A stretch of DNA of 64,000 bases from Psilocybe cubensis (Eukaryota): NCBI GenBank assembly GCA_017499595.2, contig CM038999.1:3286001-3350000 (forward strand). Direction: 5' to 3'. The notes under the pieces were generated by a model. It worked only from the letters and a program-made list of their open reading frames with translations, was not told the DNA's origin and searched no databases. The position numbers and the translations under genes were made by a program. Below are positions 53,219 to 64,000 of this stretch, piece by piece. The stretch's first letter is position 1. Each line of letters opens with the position of its first letter.

Positions 53219-53533
53219 ATGAAGCTACTCACCACATCTACCATCCTCCTCGCATCTCTCCTACACGCCTCCGCCGTGCCTCAAATCAGAGTGACCTCAC
53301 CAATAGGCGTCGCCTGCTCCACCATCGTCTGCCAACCAGAGACCTTACCAGCCTGTCCCACTGGCTTTGCACCCAGGGTCTTTGGCGATGGGTGCACGGG
53401 GTGCTGCACGGTGCAGGTCCAGGATTGCAAGGACGTCTGTTTGGCTGAGAAGCCTTCGTGCCCTGCGGGACAGGTTCCCCTTGGGAGCGAGGGGTGCTGG
53501 GGGTGCTGTGTTACTATTGCTCAGACCGCTTGA
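53219..53533 (+). CDS. Small secreted cysteine-rich protein 4 (104 aa; two modules, the first divergent)
   Basis: MKLLTTSTILLASLLHASA signal, then CSTIVCQPETLPACPTGFAPRVFGDGCTGCC and CKDVCLAEKPSCPAGQVPLGSEGCWGCC. Confidence 0.9.
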   Translation: MKLLTTSTILLASLLHASAVPQIRVTSPIGVACSTIVCQPETLPACPTGFAPRVFGDGCTGCCTVQVQDCKDVCLAEKPSCPAGQVPLGSEGCWGCCVTIAQTA

Positions 53534-53579
53534 TTTGAATTTTGATATAAATGATATTTGAGTGTGTTATAGGCGACTA

Positions 53580-54747
53580 CACAGCACAAAATTGTAAAAT
53601 GTGAAACGCGCAAATTGTGGGAGATTATGAAAAGATCTGGGAATGTGCCGAAAATGTGACTGCCGAAAATGTGAAAACGTTGCATTCTACGAGATTTTGA
53701 CAGATTTTGGAAGCCGAGAATGTGACAAAAATTCATTCAAAATGTCCTGCTCTGGAAAAGAACTTAGTGAATTTTTCAATCAAGGATATCACGTGCTTCT
53801 GCCGCTCGATTTAGCACGGAGCCTGAATCACCAGGTCTTGCGCTGTTCCTTCTCTTTCGCCTTTGTTGCATCCATCACCTACTCGTCCTTGCCACTTACT
53901 CGCCATTGTTACCTACTCGCCATTGCCACTCTACTCGCCATTATCACCTGCTCGCCAATGCCACTAACTTGCCATTGTCACCCACTCGCCATTACACCTA
54001 CTCGTGACACATTATATCTCCCCGCCAATCACTCATCATTTCTTTCGACTCGGCGAGCGAACCGGAGATATGCTGTGATCTCAAGAAGTAGAAAAAAAAT
54101 TAGCGGGTAGTAGGCGGGCACTATTAGTATAAGCTGGTGCGTATTAACTTCAATGAATCTGTATGACCGCCGCCTTGCAGACCAACCCCTAACCTAACCA
54201 ACTTTAACACTATCACAAGCATAAGGTGTGTTAAAGAATCTTACCAAGTAATTTAACACTCATGTATAAAGCAAGGTGGAATTGGGTTGGACATTCTAAC
54301 GGCGGGGTGTTTATCGGTTCATGGTCGTGAAGCCTTTAGACGGTACTGCCAATGCGGGCAGTTCGCATACATTGTACTCTTTCTCTCTAGATTATTACTT
54401 GTATATCTCTTCACCACTATAATTTTTTATAAAACCTGTTGTATTCTACTGGACAAAACTGTAGTATGCTGCTGGAAGGGACCCCAAGGAATGTATACCC
54501 CGCTACTGCCAGTAGACCCTGACTGTACCCTCGATTTATTTTTACCCCAAGTAAAATGTTCCGACCAAAACTACATACATTCTGAGTATATTCCGAGTAC
54601 ATTCTGAGCACATTGCCGTCTAAATTGAGGAAAGGTCCTACAATGTCTAAACGTGCACATTTCAAGTACATTCCCGTCATATTGCCAGGGATTGTGACAA
54701 TACGACGGGAATATGCCGGTCGTCACATTTTACAATTTTGTGCTGTG
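53580..54747. mobile_element. Non-autonomous DNA transposon (CACTA/CMC-like), 1168 bp
   Basis: Perfect 25-bp TIRs CACAGCACAAAATTGTAAAATGTGA (53580-53604, reverse complement at 54723-54747). CTA on both flanks (53577-53579, 54748-54750). Subterminal AATGTG/CACATT repeats. No transposase ORF. Confidence 0.9.
53874..54005 (+). repeat. 17-bp minisatellite (~7.7 copies) inside the transposon
   Basis: Units such as GCCACTTACTCGCCATT, GTTACCTACTCGCCATT and GTCACCCACTCGCCATT. Confidence 0.85.
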
Positions 54748-54966
54748 CTATTAATAATTTCACCCCGATTTTTTAAAGGCGTTCTTTTGTCTCGGCAAGT
54801 TGCGGCTTTAGCTGACTTGGAAATATTCTTTGACTCAGAGTGAACATTTCGCATTTATTCTTAGTTTTTAGCTTTAATAAAGAGTACTACTCGTCAAATA
54901 ACAAGGCATAGTTCCGCTTCAGACCCTATCTCGTACATTACCCAGATATCCCTGATCCCACCGCCT

Positions 54967-56505
54967 TTACAAGCACTGAAGTGAAATTATGTTTAGCCAA
55001 ATGTCCTCGTTTACCGAGTGTTACACACCTGAGAGTAATAGGGCGGAGAGACGGCTTTGCACGTCGATCCGCTTTGGCAGACAGTAGGACCCGTCCAACC
55101 ATTTCCTAATCCATTTATTAGATTTAAGCCACTTCATTTGTATGGATATAACATCCTTACCTCCACATTGTCCGTATTTAGTCTGTTGAGGCGCAGGAGC
55201 AGGCGCCGTAGTGGTAGCTGGCGGAGCAGTAGAAGTAGCAGTAGAAGTAGACGAGGCAACCGTAGAAGAACCTCCAGCATCAGTCGAAGAAGTCCCAACA
55301 GGCGGAATGGCATCTCCGCTGAGAGTAGGGACGATCCACGTAACCCAATTGCCAGGCACAAACCCGGCATTATTAGCGCCGTCCGTGTGCATGATATTGG
55401 TGTTCACACCCGACTGGCCCTTCAAAAACCTATTGACGAACGCAGCGACGTCCCCGTTCTGCGACGACGGCATCGCGCAGTGCGCGTGGTTCCCCACCAT
55501 AGAAATTCCCATGGAATCACTAATACCCAGCGCCTGGTAGCTTTTAGCGCCCGTTGTCTGGCACCCCCAGACAGACTCCGGACCAAGCCAGTCGATCCCG
55601 TCGTTCTCAATGATCAGCAGCCCGCGCGGAGCGACTAGCGCAGCGAGCATGTGGTGATCGAACGGGAGCGCGGGGAGGTTATTCACGTATTGGTTGAAAT
55701 TAGGCGAGAACCACACGTTCTCGCCGACAATCTCGACTGCGTCCTGCGTGGACACGCCAGCTTGGAGCATGGCTTTCGAAATCCGCCAGCACCCTGCGCC
55801 GCCGGACCCGGACTCCTGCACCAGCCCGAGCGCAATGCGCGGCTCGAACGCGGCGGCGACGAACGCGCCTTTCCCGTTCCGCGAGCAGCCTGTGACGCCG
55901 AGTTTGCTGGTGTCGATGTTGTGCGTGGTGCTGCTTGACTCGAGGACATCGATGATCCGCGAGATACCCCATGTCCAAGCGATCATGGCGCCTGCTGAGT
56001 GATTGGCGCCGTACAGCGTGAAGAATTTTCCTTTCCCGCGGCTCGTCGAGTCGTTCTGCAGGGCAATATCGTCGTTGTTGAATGTGATTGTTGCGACGCC
56101 TGCCTGGCTCGGAATGCTCATCCCCCCTATAGCGATGATAGCAGGGTATTTGCCGCTTACACCAGAAGGAGGGGTGATGGTTGCGGTAAATGAGATGGAG
56201 GTTCCACCATTACTGGCTGTCACGGAGATGGTGTTTCCAGAGACGGAGCCGGTGACTGACGATGGTTTGGGTGGGAGCGTGCCGAGCTCGTATTTCTGGA
56301 ATAAGGCGCTTATTTCGGCTTGACGACATGCGAATTGCTCTTTGGTTGTGACAGCGGTGCCGTTGAGGAAGACGAAGGGACTGCTGAGCTTGGAATCGGA
56401 AAAGTTGATGGAGGATGGAAGAGTGCCGCAGCTCGACTGTGCTAGAGCTGGGAGAGCGACAGAGAGGTATGCGAGCAGGAATTTGAAGCTGCCTTGGAAT
56501 TTCAT
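54967..56505 (-). CDS. 4-O-methyl-glucuronoyl methylesterase (CE15) with S/T linker and C-terminal CBM1
   Basis: Signal peptide; GVTGCSRNGKGA, QESGSGGAGCWR, PFDHHMLAALVAPRGL, HAHC. Spliced CBM1 [36 protein letters not shown] (9-nt last exon 54967-54975). TATA on the minus strand at 56551-56557. Confidence 0.95.
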
Positions 56506-58452
56506 GGCTGTTGTTGAACTATAGAAACATGTTAGCTAGAAAAGCAAAGCTTTTATACCTTTCAGCGTCGAATTTGTGTAGATCCACCGGGCCGCTCCTT
56601 TACTCATGTACGAGTTTGTTTGCTGAGCGAGGTACAGTCATTGCGGCAAAAATACCCATTGCTTCATGATTCTCCTTCGGTACTACTTGTTCAACCCAAG
56701 TATGTCGGACCTCGATGCCTTATAAGGTGGGTCCTCGAGCGGCTTACATATTCATTTTTATGTACTTCAATGAGAAAAAGAAAAAATAAATGAGAAAAAT
56801 TTGTCTATGGTGATAACATCAAGGCAAGTAGTACATGGCTTGTGTGTGCGCGCACCGACAAACAATTGCTTTTCTTGGTCGACGGACTCATCCGGCCCGC
56901 CACAAGATTGAGAGATGAGTTGTGAGTCGACACCCCTTTGCAACGACACCGTCTATTGCCGATGATCAACCGATGGAAGGAATTCGAAAAAGAGGCAAAT
57001 ACTACGCGTGGCTGCCTCGTGGTCGAGGGACCGGGGAAATTATTATCAGAATGAAACTTCCGTTGGAGTCAAAAACATCGAATGCGTGACCGAAAAACAT
57101 CCGTTGAACTGAAAGAAGCAGATTGAGCAGTGGGGGATTTGAGCCCGAGCGTCGTTCAATTGCCATCGTGGTCATGGAAGCGTGTATTTGAGTTTCTTGG
57201 CGTTGCAGAACATCAGTGGGTTTTTTTGGCCATTAGCTCAAGGCGCTTACCCCTGTGGAATAGGCGGCCCGCTGGGGTATACGAAAATTATCCTACGATG
57301 ATCCCCGTGTGGGGTGTGTATATCCTACCGAAGTTACTTGCAGCGATATAAGCAGAATAGTCTGCGGATTTTAATTTGGAATGTGGCAAGCTCTCTCTGG
57401 AATGCCCAACTGCGAGGTCAGGGCAAATATATGCGCATATAGAGTCATTGACATGGTAGATTTGAGAGCATATGCGTACTAATTTTTTTGTAATTGTGTT
57501 CACAACGTCTGTCGAATAAGCGAGCGAACTCGTATAACTAGGAAAGGTCTCCTTAGCCCTGAATGCGATGTTGAGTCGGTTGTAGTAATGATCGTAGAAG
57601 CAGTTATATGCGCGGCAGATTCAGATTACTAACGACATCGCGTTGGGAAAGAGGCAAGCATTTAAAAAGAGCCTAGACTGGCGGGGCATATCCATCAACG
57701 CAGCCAGAAGGGGGCGGTCGCGGTTATTATCCTCAAATTCAATGACCGTTCATGACGGTGATGAACTTTCGCGAGCCAGTTGTGAGACCATGCCTTGTCC
57801 AGTATTCTGATGGGAGCGTAACAGTTCATGCGCGCGTTCATGCTCATGACTTGGCGGATAGGTATCTGACAAGATGTCGCAACGGTTCACGGTGCAGAGA
57901 AGAATGAGCCGGGGTGGATTATGGGCTTCAGCTGTGGGGGGTGAGTATGCCAGATAGGGTATTGCTTGGCCGGATGTTCCGGAGGGTTGACTTGATTGAA
58001 GCAACGCAGAGTGACAGCCAGTGTATTTCACCCTCAGACTGAAACATCAATCGGAGTCGGGAGGACAGTGAAGAAAGTTGCAAGTCGGAAGTGATTGGCG
58101 CATTATGTACGGAAAGAATATTCCTCCAGTAATGCGAAAGAAGCAGTTGGCTCTCAATCATCAATGACGTACAATGCTGGCTACATCAAGGTCAGGTCTG
58201 CCACAGTGGATCTGTTCGACCTCAATTAAGGAGTGGTGGAACTCCGAGGAAGGCCAACCGTTCATAACGACAAGTGCAACTAGTTGGCCAGTAGCTGGCA
58301 TACATTGAGAGCTTTGAGGCCAGACAGGGGGCTTAATTATGCGTGAGAAAGTATTAATAATATAAACTCACGTCATTGGTCAACAAAGTTGTGCGCCGTC
58401 CGGACCACAGTTTTTCAGCGCTGCACCCATCTTATATTGGAATCCGATTCAC

Positions 58453-61400
58453 ATGAGCCACAGCTTACTTCCACCCGATCCACCTGCATCATCTGCAGCG
58501 TCGACCACCTCCATCATGGCAATCGACTCAGTTTCCCCGGAGCCCACCCAGGAGACAGAGGAAAGGACTGCTTTGCTGGATGTTGAACGAGGGCCTGATT
58601 CTTATGGCGCTGCAGGCACTCCGCACTACTGTAAGCACTCCCTTATCTTTAATCTCTGAACATCACTTTTTTCGGCGTCATCCAACGAGCAGAAATCAAT
58701 CTGTACGCTCAAATGATTTTGCCTCGTGGTCGTACGGATTCCCACCGCGCCTGCAAACCTAGGGGCCAAGCTTGCGCTAACCCATCCTCTAATAGTGCCA
58801 TCCAACTCTCACCAGAAACGAGATATACTGTTAAAAAGGATCAAGTACTATATACCATCCACCGCATGGATACCCAGTTACTCCCCGTCATTGTATGTCC
58901 AATGACCTCGGACCCCTGTTCGGCTCAATCTCACCAATTCCTTTCGCAGATTCGGTGGCGATTTTTTGGCTGGAATTACAGTCGCTTCTATGCTCATTCC
59001 CCAGTCCGTCAGTTACGCCACGTCTTTGGCAAAGCTTAGTCCAGTTACGGGATTGGTGCGCCGTTTTCTTATTGCACACTTTCCTTCTGCTCATGAGATT
59101 TTTTTTTAGTTTTCAGCGTCCATTCCAGGCATTGCATACGCTCTTTTGGGGACCTCTAAGCAGTTGAATGTAGCCCCTGAAGCTGCTCTAAGTCTTCTAC
59201 TTGGCCAAGCTGTTTCCGAGATCCGTCACGATTATCCTGATCCCCATGACGGCCAGGCGGATCTTGTTGGACTTAGCGTAGCTACAATGATCACGCTTCA
59301 GGTTAGTTATAGCACCTTGGGTTCTAAACGTGTCTAATTACTATCTGCGCAGGTTGGTTTGATCTCGTTCCTTCTTGGATTCTTTCGACTGGGATTCATC
59401 GATGTTGTATTGAGTCGGGCACTCTTGCGGGGTTTCATTTCGGCAGTTGCTGTTGTAATTATGATGTGAGCCATTTCATTTGTTACTAGCTATGCTCATC
59501 TTTAACGGTGTTATAGCGAACAGTTTATTCCCATGCTTGGCCTCACTGCGCTCCTGCACAGTGCTGACCCCGAAACAACCTATGACAAGGCCATATTCCT
59601 TATCAAAAATGCGTTCACCCACTCCCATGTACCTACTACGCTCATCAGTTTCTCGGCCCTTTTCACCTTGGTAGCCCTACGATCCATAAAAAACCGATTT
59701 AAGAACACCTGGTGGATTTATCGCGTGCCTGAAGTCTTGGTCGTGGTCATTGTGTCAACTGGTAAGCAGTTAATTCCAATCCTACTCAGACAAAACTAAT
59801 AAACATGCGTTTAGTGTTATGTGAACAACTTAGATGGGACAAATTGGGCGTGAACATCCTTGGAGCAGTTGACGTCCAAAACAGTAGTTCATTTATCGAG
59901 TTCCCCTTCCGCCGATCCAACTTTAGGTTCCTTCGGCGCACAACGTCCACCGCAGTGTATGTACACATCAGTTTGCATAATACCCCTTCCAACCGTTCTT
60001 TTACTGACGTTTTTAACAAATCGCAGTGTCATTGCCGTCGTCGGATTCTTGGACAGTATCGTTGCAGCCAAACAGAACGCCGCGCGATTCGGGTATTCGA
60101 TCAGCCCCAATCGCGAGTTGGTGGCACTTGGAGCTGCTAATCTGGCCGGGTCGTTTATTCCGGGAACGCTGCCGGCATTTGGATCCATCACGAGGTAAGT
60201 AGGGGGAATTCTGAATCACGTCTCTAAGGATGTGATAATTTTGAGAATCTCTCTCCCCTGACCTATTCCCCTCCCGCTCTGTCTCTCTCTGTGTGTAGGT
60301 CACGAATCAACGGTGATGTAGGAGGACGTACTCAGATGGCATCGTTGGTTTGCTCCAGTGTTATTCTGCTGGCTACGTTTTTCCTTCTGCCTTGGCTTTT
60401 CTTCCTGCCGAAATGCGTTTTGGCTGCTATGTATGTGATAACGTTCTTTGACGATGGGGATATGACTGATTTTTTTTTTCGTATAGCATCGGGCTTGTGG
60501 TTTATTCACTTCTTGCCGAGGCTCCCCATGAAATTTTATATTACTGGAAGTAAGAATCCAAATTTCCTCGCTTCATACTACCCAAAAAATTCCTTCTGAA
60601 CACGGGGCTAATTTATTATAGCATGGGAGCGTGGGTTGACTTAACCATCATGGGTCTCACCTTTTTCCTTTCTATAATCTGGAATATCGAAGTGGGAGTG
60701 GTAGTGGGACTAGTCGTCTCGCTCCTGTTGGTCGTACACCGCTCGTCGAAAACGAGGATGACTATTTTGGTGAGGGTCTTAAAATCTCTTTCTCTTTCTC
60801 TCTCTCTCTTTTTGTGTCCCACGCTTGTTATGAAATTTGCGAGAGTTGACGTCCATTGACTTCTTGGTTTAATGTTCTTTGTTCTTCTTCTTTAGGGCCG
60901 TATTCCCGGTACGGATCGATGGAAACCTTTGAAGGAGAATCCTGAGGCCGAGGAAAGTGTAGCAGGCGCATTGATCGTACGGATTCGCGAGAACTTGGAC
61001 TTTGGTGAGTGGACTCTGTTCGACAAGTTAGCGTATTGGGAGAATTCTGTGTTTAACTTGGTTCGTTGTTCACAGCCAATACCGCTCAAATAAAAGGTAA
61101 TGCTGTTTTCTGCATTGATAGGTGAATAGTGGCTAATTCGAGTTTGTCTATGTATCGTATCAGAGAGACTTCGTAGGCTGGAATTGTATGGGATTCATAA
61201 GTCCCATCCGTCGGAGGAGCCTAGACGCGGGCAGACGTCTGTGTTGGTCTTCCATTTGGCTGATGTGGATAGCTGCGATGCTTCGTGAGTCTTCACTTGA
61301 ACCTCTTTTGTTACATTCACTGAACAAAGTTTGTTATCATAGCGCCGCGCAGATATTCTACGAATTGCTTGAAGAATACAAGGTATTTCTTGTCTCTATT

Positions 61401-61644
61401 CATTTCCCCCCATGCCATTTTTATTGACTTACGGTGGTTGTGCTGTGTCGTGTCTCAGAACCGCGGTGTTGGACTGTTCATCACGCATCTCAGGCCGACT
61501 GTAGAGAAAACCTTCATCAAAGCACATATCTTTGACTTGCTTGGGTCTGGTGCGTTTAGAGACAATGTCGCTGATGCGATGGCGATCGTCGAAGGATCTG
61601 CGTATGCTCGTATGCGGGAATCGAATTATCTTGGAAGTCGGTGA
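58453..61644 (+). CDS. SulP/SLC26 sulfate-anion transporter with STAS domain (yeast YPR003C-like)
   Basis: GDFLAGITVASMLIPQSVSYA, LGTSKQLNVAPEAA, SPNRELVALGAANL, AFGSITRSRIN, LGRIPGT, VRIRENLDFANTAQIKERLRRLELYG. N-terminal acidic dileucine-like ERTALL. Confidence 0.92.
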
Positions 61645-63103
61645 AACGATTACGAATTACGAAACGTGTACAGAGACGATCACGATCACAAAAAAAAACA
61701 CAATGTAATGGACGACGACCACGACAATGACGTTAATGAAGGATAAATCGATAGATTGTGGACGGACGCAAAAAAAATTATTATCATACTACAGACGGAT
61801 ACACTCTCTGATCGATCGCGCACATTGGGATCGTTGGGAACGGAAAGGAAGGGATATACGACGAATGGATATTGCGGGTCAATAATGGAGGAAGGGTGGT
61901 GTAGAGCTTCATCTACTTGCTGATTTTGGTTATACCTTGGATATCAAAATGTTTTTCTTCCGTCATTCACTTGTCGCGGTAACGTCGACTCTATACTTTC
62001 ATCCATCCATGCTGCACTTGCACTTACATTTTTTTTTTACTCTATCTCTCCCCCTTTTAATAGACACCATGCCCATGACCATGAACCATGCCCCCCATGC
62101 ACGACATTACCAGATTTGAATTTCTGATGTTCAGCGTTTGACTTTTCACGGTTATGTTTCCATTTCCACTTGTATATCTGGTTTACTATTACCCCCACCG
62201 CAATCTATAGATGTTCTGCAATCTCCTTGGTCCGTTGCGGAATTTTCCATTTTGTGTTTGTGCTGCTTTATGGACTCCGCTGCTCTTTCCCGATTTGGGC
62301 GTTTGTGCCCGTCGTCCTCTGCGTCTCTTGGAGTTGGTTGCGCTCTTTGTTCAATCCAACTTGCAATCTTCACTGGGGTATGGAACACCGCAAAGTTCAT
62401 TCTTCCCTGCGTCATTAAGCGTGGTTTTTTTTTTTTGGCTATGACGTACCTTTAATTTCACGCGGAATTGGGCTCACCTTACAATATGCAAAAGTAGGAT
62501 GCCCTGCGAAACACGAGTGTCTCAGACGTGTAGTACTAGTAAGTAAGGTCCGTGTAAAAACTATTAGAGTTGACTGACCTAATCTCCTTTCTCCCCGGAT
62601 TTGTTTTTGGGGGAATTAGAAATCCAATGGACTCATTTTAATTTTTCAAAGATATAGGCCGTCGAACACAAAACTATCAAGGACGCTAAAGGTGCTTTGA
62701 TCGACGGTTGGTCACTCTTCCCAACCTGGATGTATGCGGAAGGTGTGTTTCCCAATTTGGAAGTTCGATCCATTACCATTTTCGTCGTACTTCCTTTTTC
62801 AGGCCACAAATCACACCGATTATATCTCTGCCTAGACTACTATGACAAAGTCCCTTTTCACGCTCTTTGTTTTATCTTGCGGGGTGGTGGAGACGACGCT
62901 TTCCATCTCACATCTTCTCGCCGCCCCACTTGAAAAATGTAACCCTTTTTGTTTTTTTTTGTTAACGTCGCCGTTCAAACACGCCGCTCTTCATTGTTTG
63001 AGGGGATTCAAGCTAGACTGACTTTTTCATATTTAATCTTGCTATTTTTCCCCTTGTGTGAGGCTTGCTTGCTCTCTTTCGCTTTCACCGCCCATCAGTC
63101 CAG

Positions 63104-64000
63104 ATGGGGTCCAATTTCCACGCCGTGTTCTATGTCCTGGCGATTGCGCTGGTGCTATTCGAGACATGCACCGCGAACCCGCTCCCACTCCCCCAGCCTG
63201 GATCTCAATGCATTGTTGGGTATTGTCCAAAGTACTTTGCGAACTTCCCGCCGCGGGGGAGGAGGGCGCCGTCGCCTACGATCGAGTTCAAGACGAACGC
63301 CCAGCGCCTCGCGGGTGGGATCCCGCTCAACCCGCCCATCTTCCGTATGAAGAACGGTGAGCTCGTCTTCATTGCTTTTGTGCTTCTAAATCAAGTACTC
63401 ATGGTACATCTTGCTAGCCCCGCTGTGGAACCGCTCCCCTGCGCCCGCGTCACCTCCCCAACCGCGCGCGTCGCCTGATTCAGCGCGCATTTCAACCATC
63501 GAGCGCTGTGGTGTCGTCGCTCTCCGGGACGATAACGATAAATTGGTTGGATACGTTGGGAGCAACGCACCTGACTCTGCGTATATCCGCGTTCAAGAAG
63601 ATCTTTCGGACGCTGTGACGGTCTGCTTCACCACCCGCGTAGGCCGCGTGCGCGCGCGGAACGTGCCGTTCTTTTTGGCTGTATGTGTTACCTTTATTCA
63701 CTTGTTCATGCGTCTTATGTCATTGTCATTGTAGAGTGAATGGGAACTTCGCAGGGCGTTCCCTCTGCTTGGTTTGGTGCAAGGTGTGCATAATAATGAT
63801 ACTAATATTGGGCCTCAGTCTACACAGTAAGTCACCACGATTCCCTGCAAATTCCCTCCCGTAATGACTGACATCGTCGTTGTTTAGCTACCTTATCTTT
63901 GGCGGTGTGGAGCTTCCTGGAAGTATGTGCTCAATGTCATCTTATGATCAGCCTAGATTCTGATGTTCGGATTCTATAGCCCCACCATTGACCCCTGCTG
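63104..64000 (+). CDS. Small secreted Agaricomycete protein with TNAxRLAxGxPLxPP motif (truncated by window end)
   Basis: Signal MGSNFHAVFYVLAIALVLFETCTA; TNAQRLAGGIPLNPP; later exons LVGYVG, FPLLGLVQG and YLIFGG...TPP. Confidence 0.65.

Noticed and set aside
54187-54199. Telomere-like CCCTAACCTAACC
   Set aside because: Fewer than two perfect units, and it lies inside the transposon.
55057-56323. Many long overlapping antisense ORFs across CE15 (also across SWR1, subtilisin and GLS2)
   Set aside because: Shadow ORFs caused by codon bias of the real genes; no independent motifs.

Overview
Eukaryotic, intron-rich fungal DNA (many ~50-60 nt GT-AG and some GC-AG introns). Gene content and motifs point to an Agaricomycete. 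About 22 protein-coding genes were reconstructed by eye. The housekeeping set is a tandem homeodomain-like poly-Q protein, SWR1, a PKA catalytic subunit, a SET-domain methyltransferase, a COX14-like micro-gene missed by the ORF track, a GNAT protein, a vacuolar subtilisin, glucosidase II alpha, an MFS transporter, a CE15 glucuronoyl esterase with CBM1, and a SulP/STAS transporter. An accessory secretome block lies at ~26-42 kb. The most striking feature is a family of four small secreted genes (31661, 32544, 33491, 53219) carrying seven copies of a 28-31 aa six-cysteine module, C-x3-C-x6-C-x11-C-WG-CC. All four share an intronless CDS preceded by two predicted 5'-UTR introns, and the module resembles antistasin-type protease-inhibitor repeats. 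Next to them is a tandem carboxylesterase array showing birth-and-death evolution: an ACG in place of the start ATG, a precise intron difference, GT/GC donor switching and a relic fourth copy. A 1168-bp non-autonomous CACTA/CMC-like element (perfect 25-bp TIRs, CTA target duplication) sits just after the fourth peptide gene, and two 2-nt microexons are predicted. Exon models are manual and no database search was possible.
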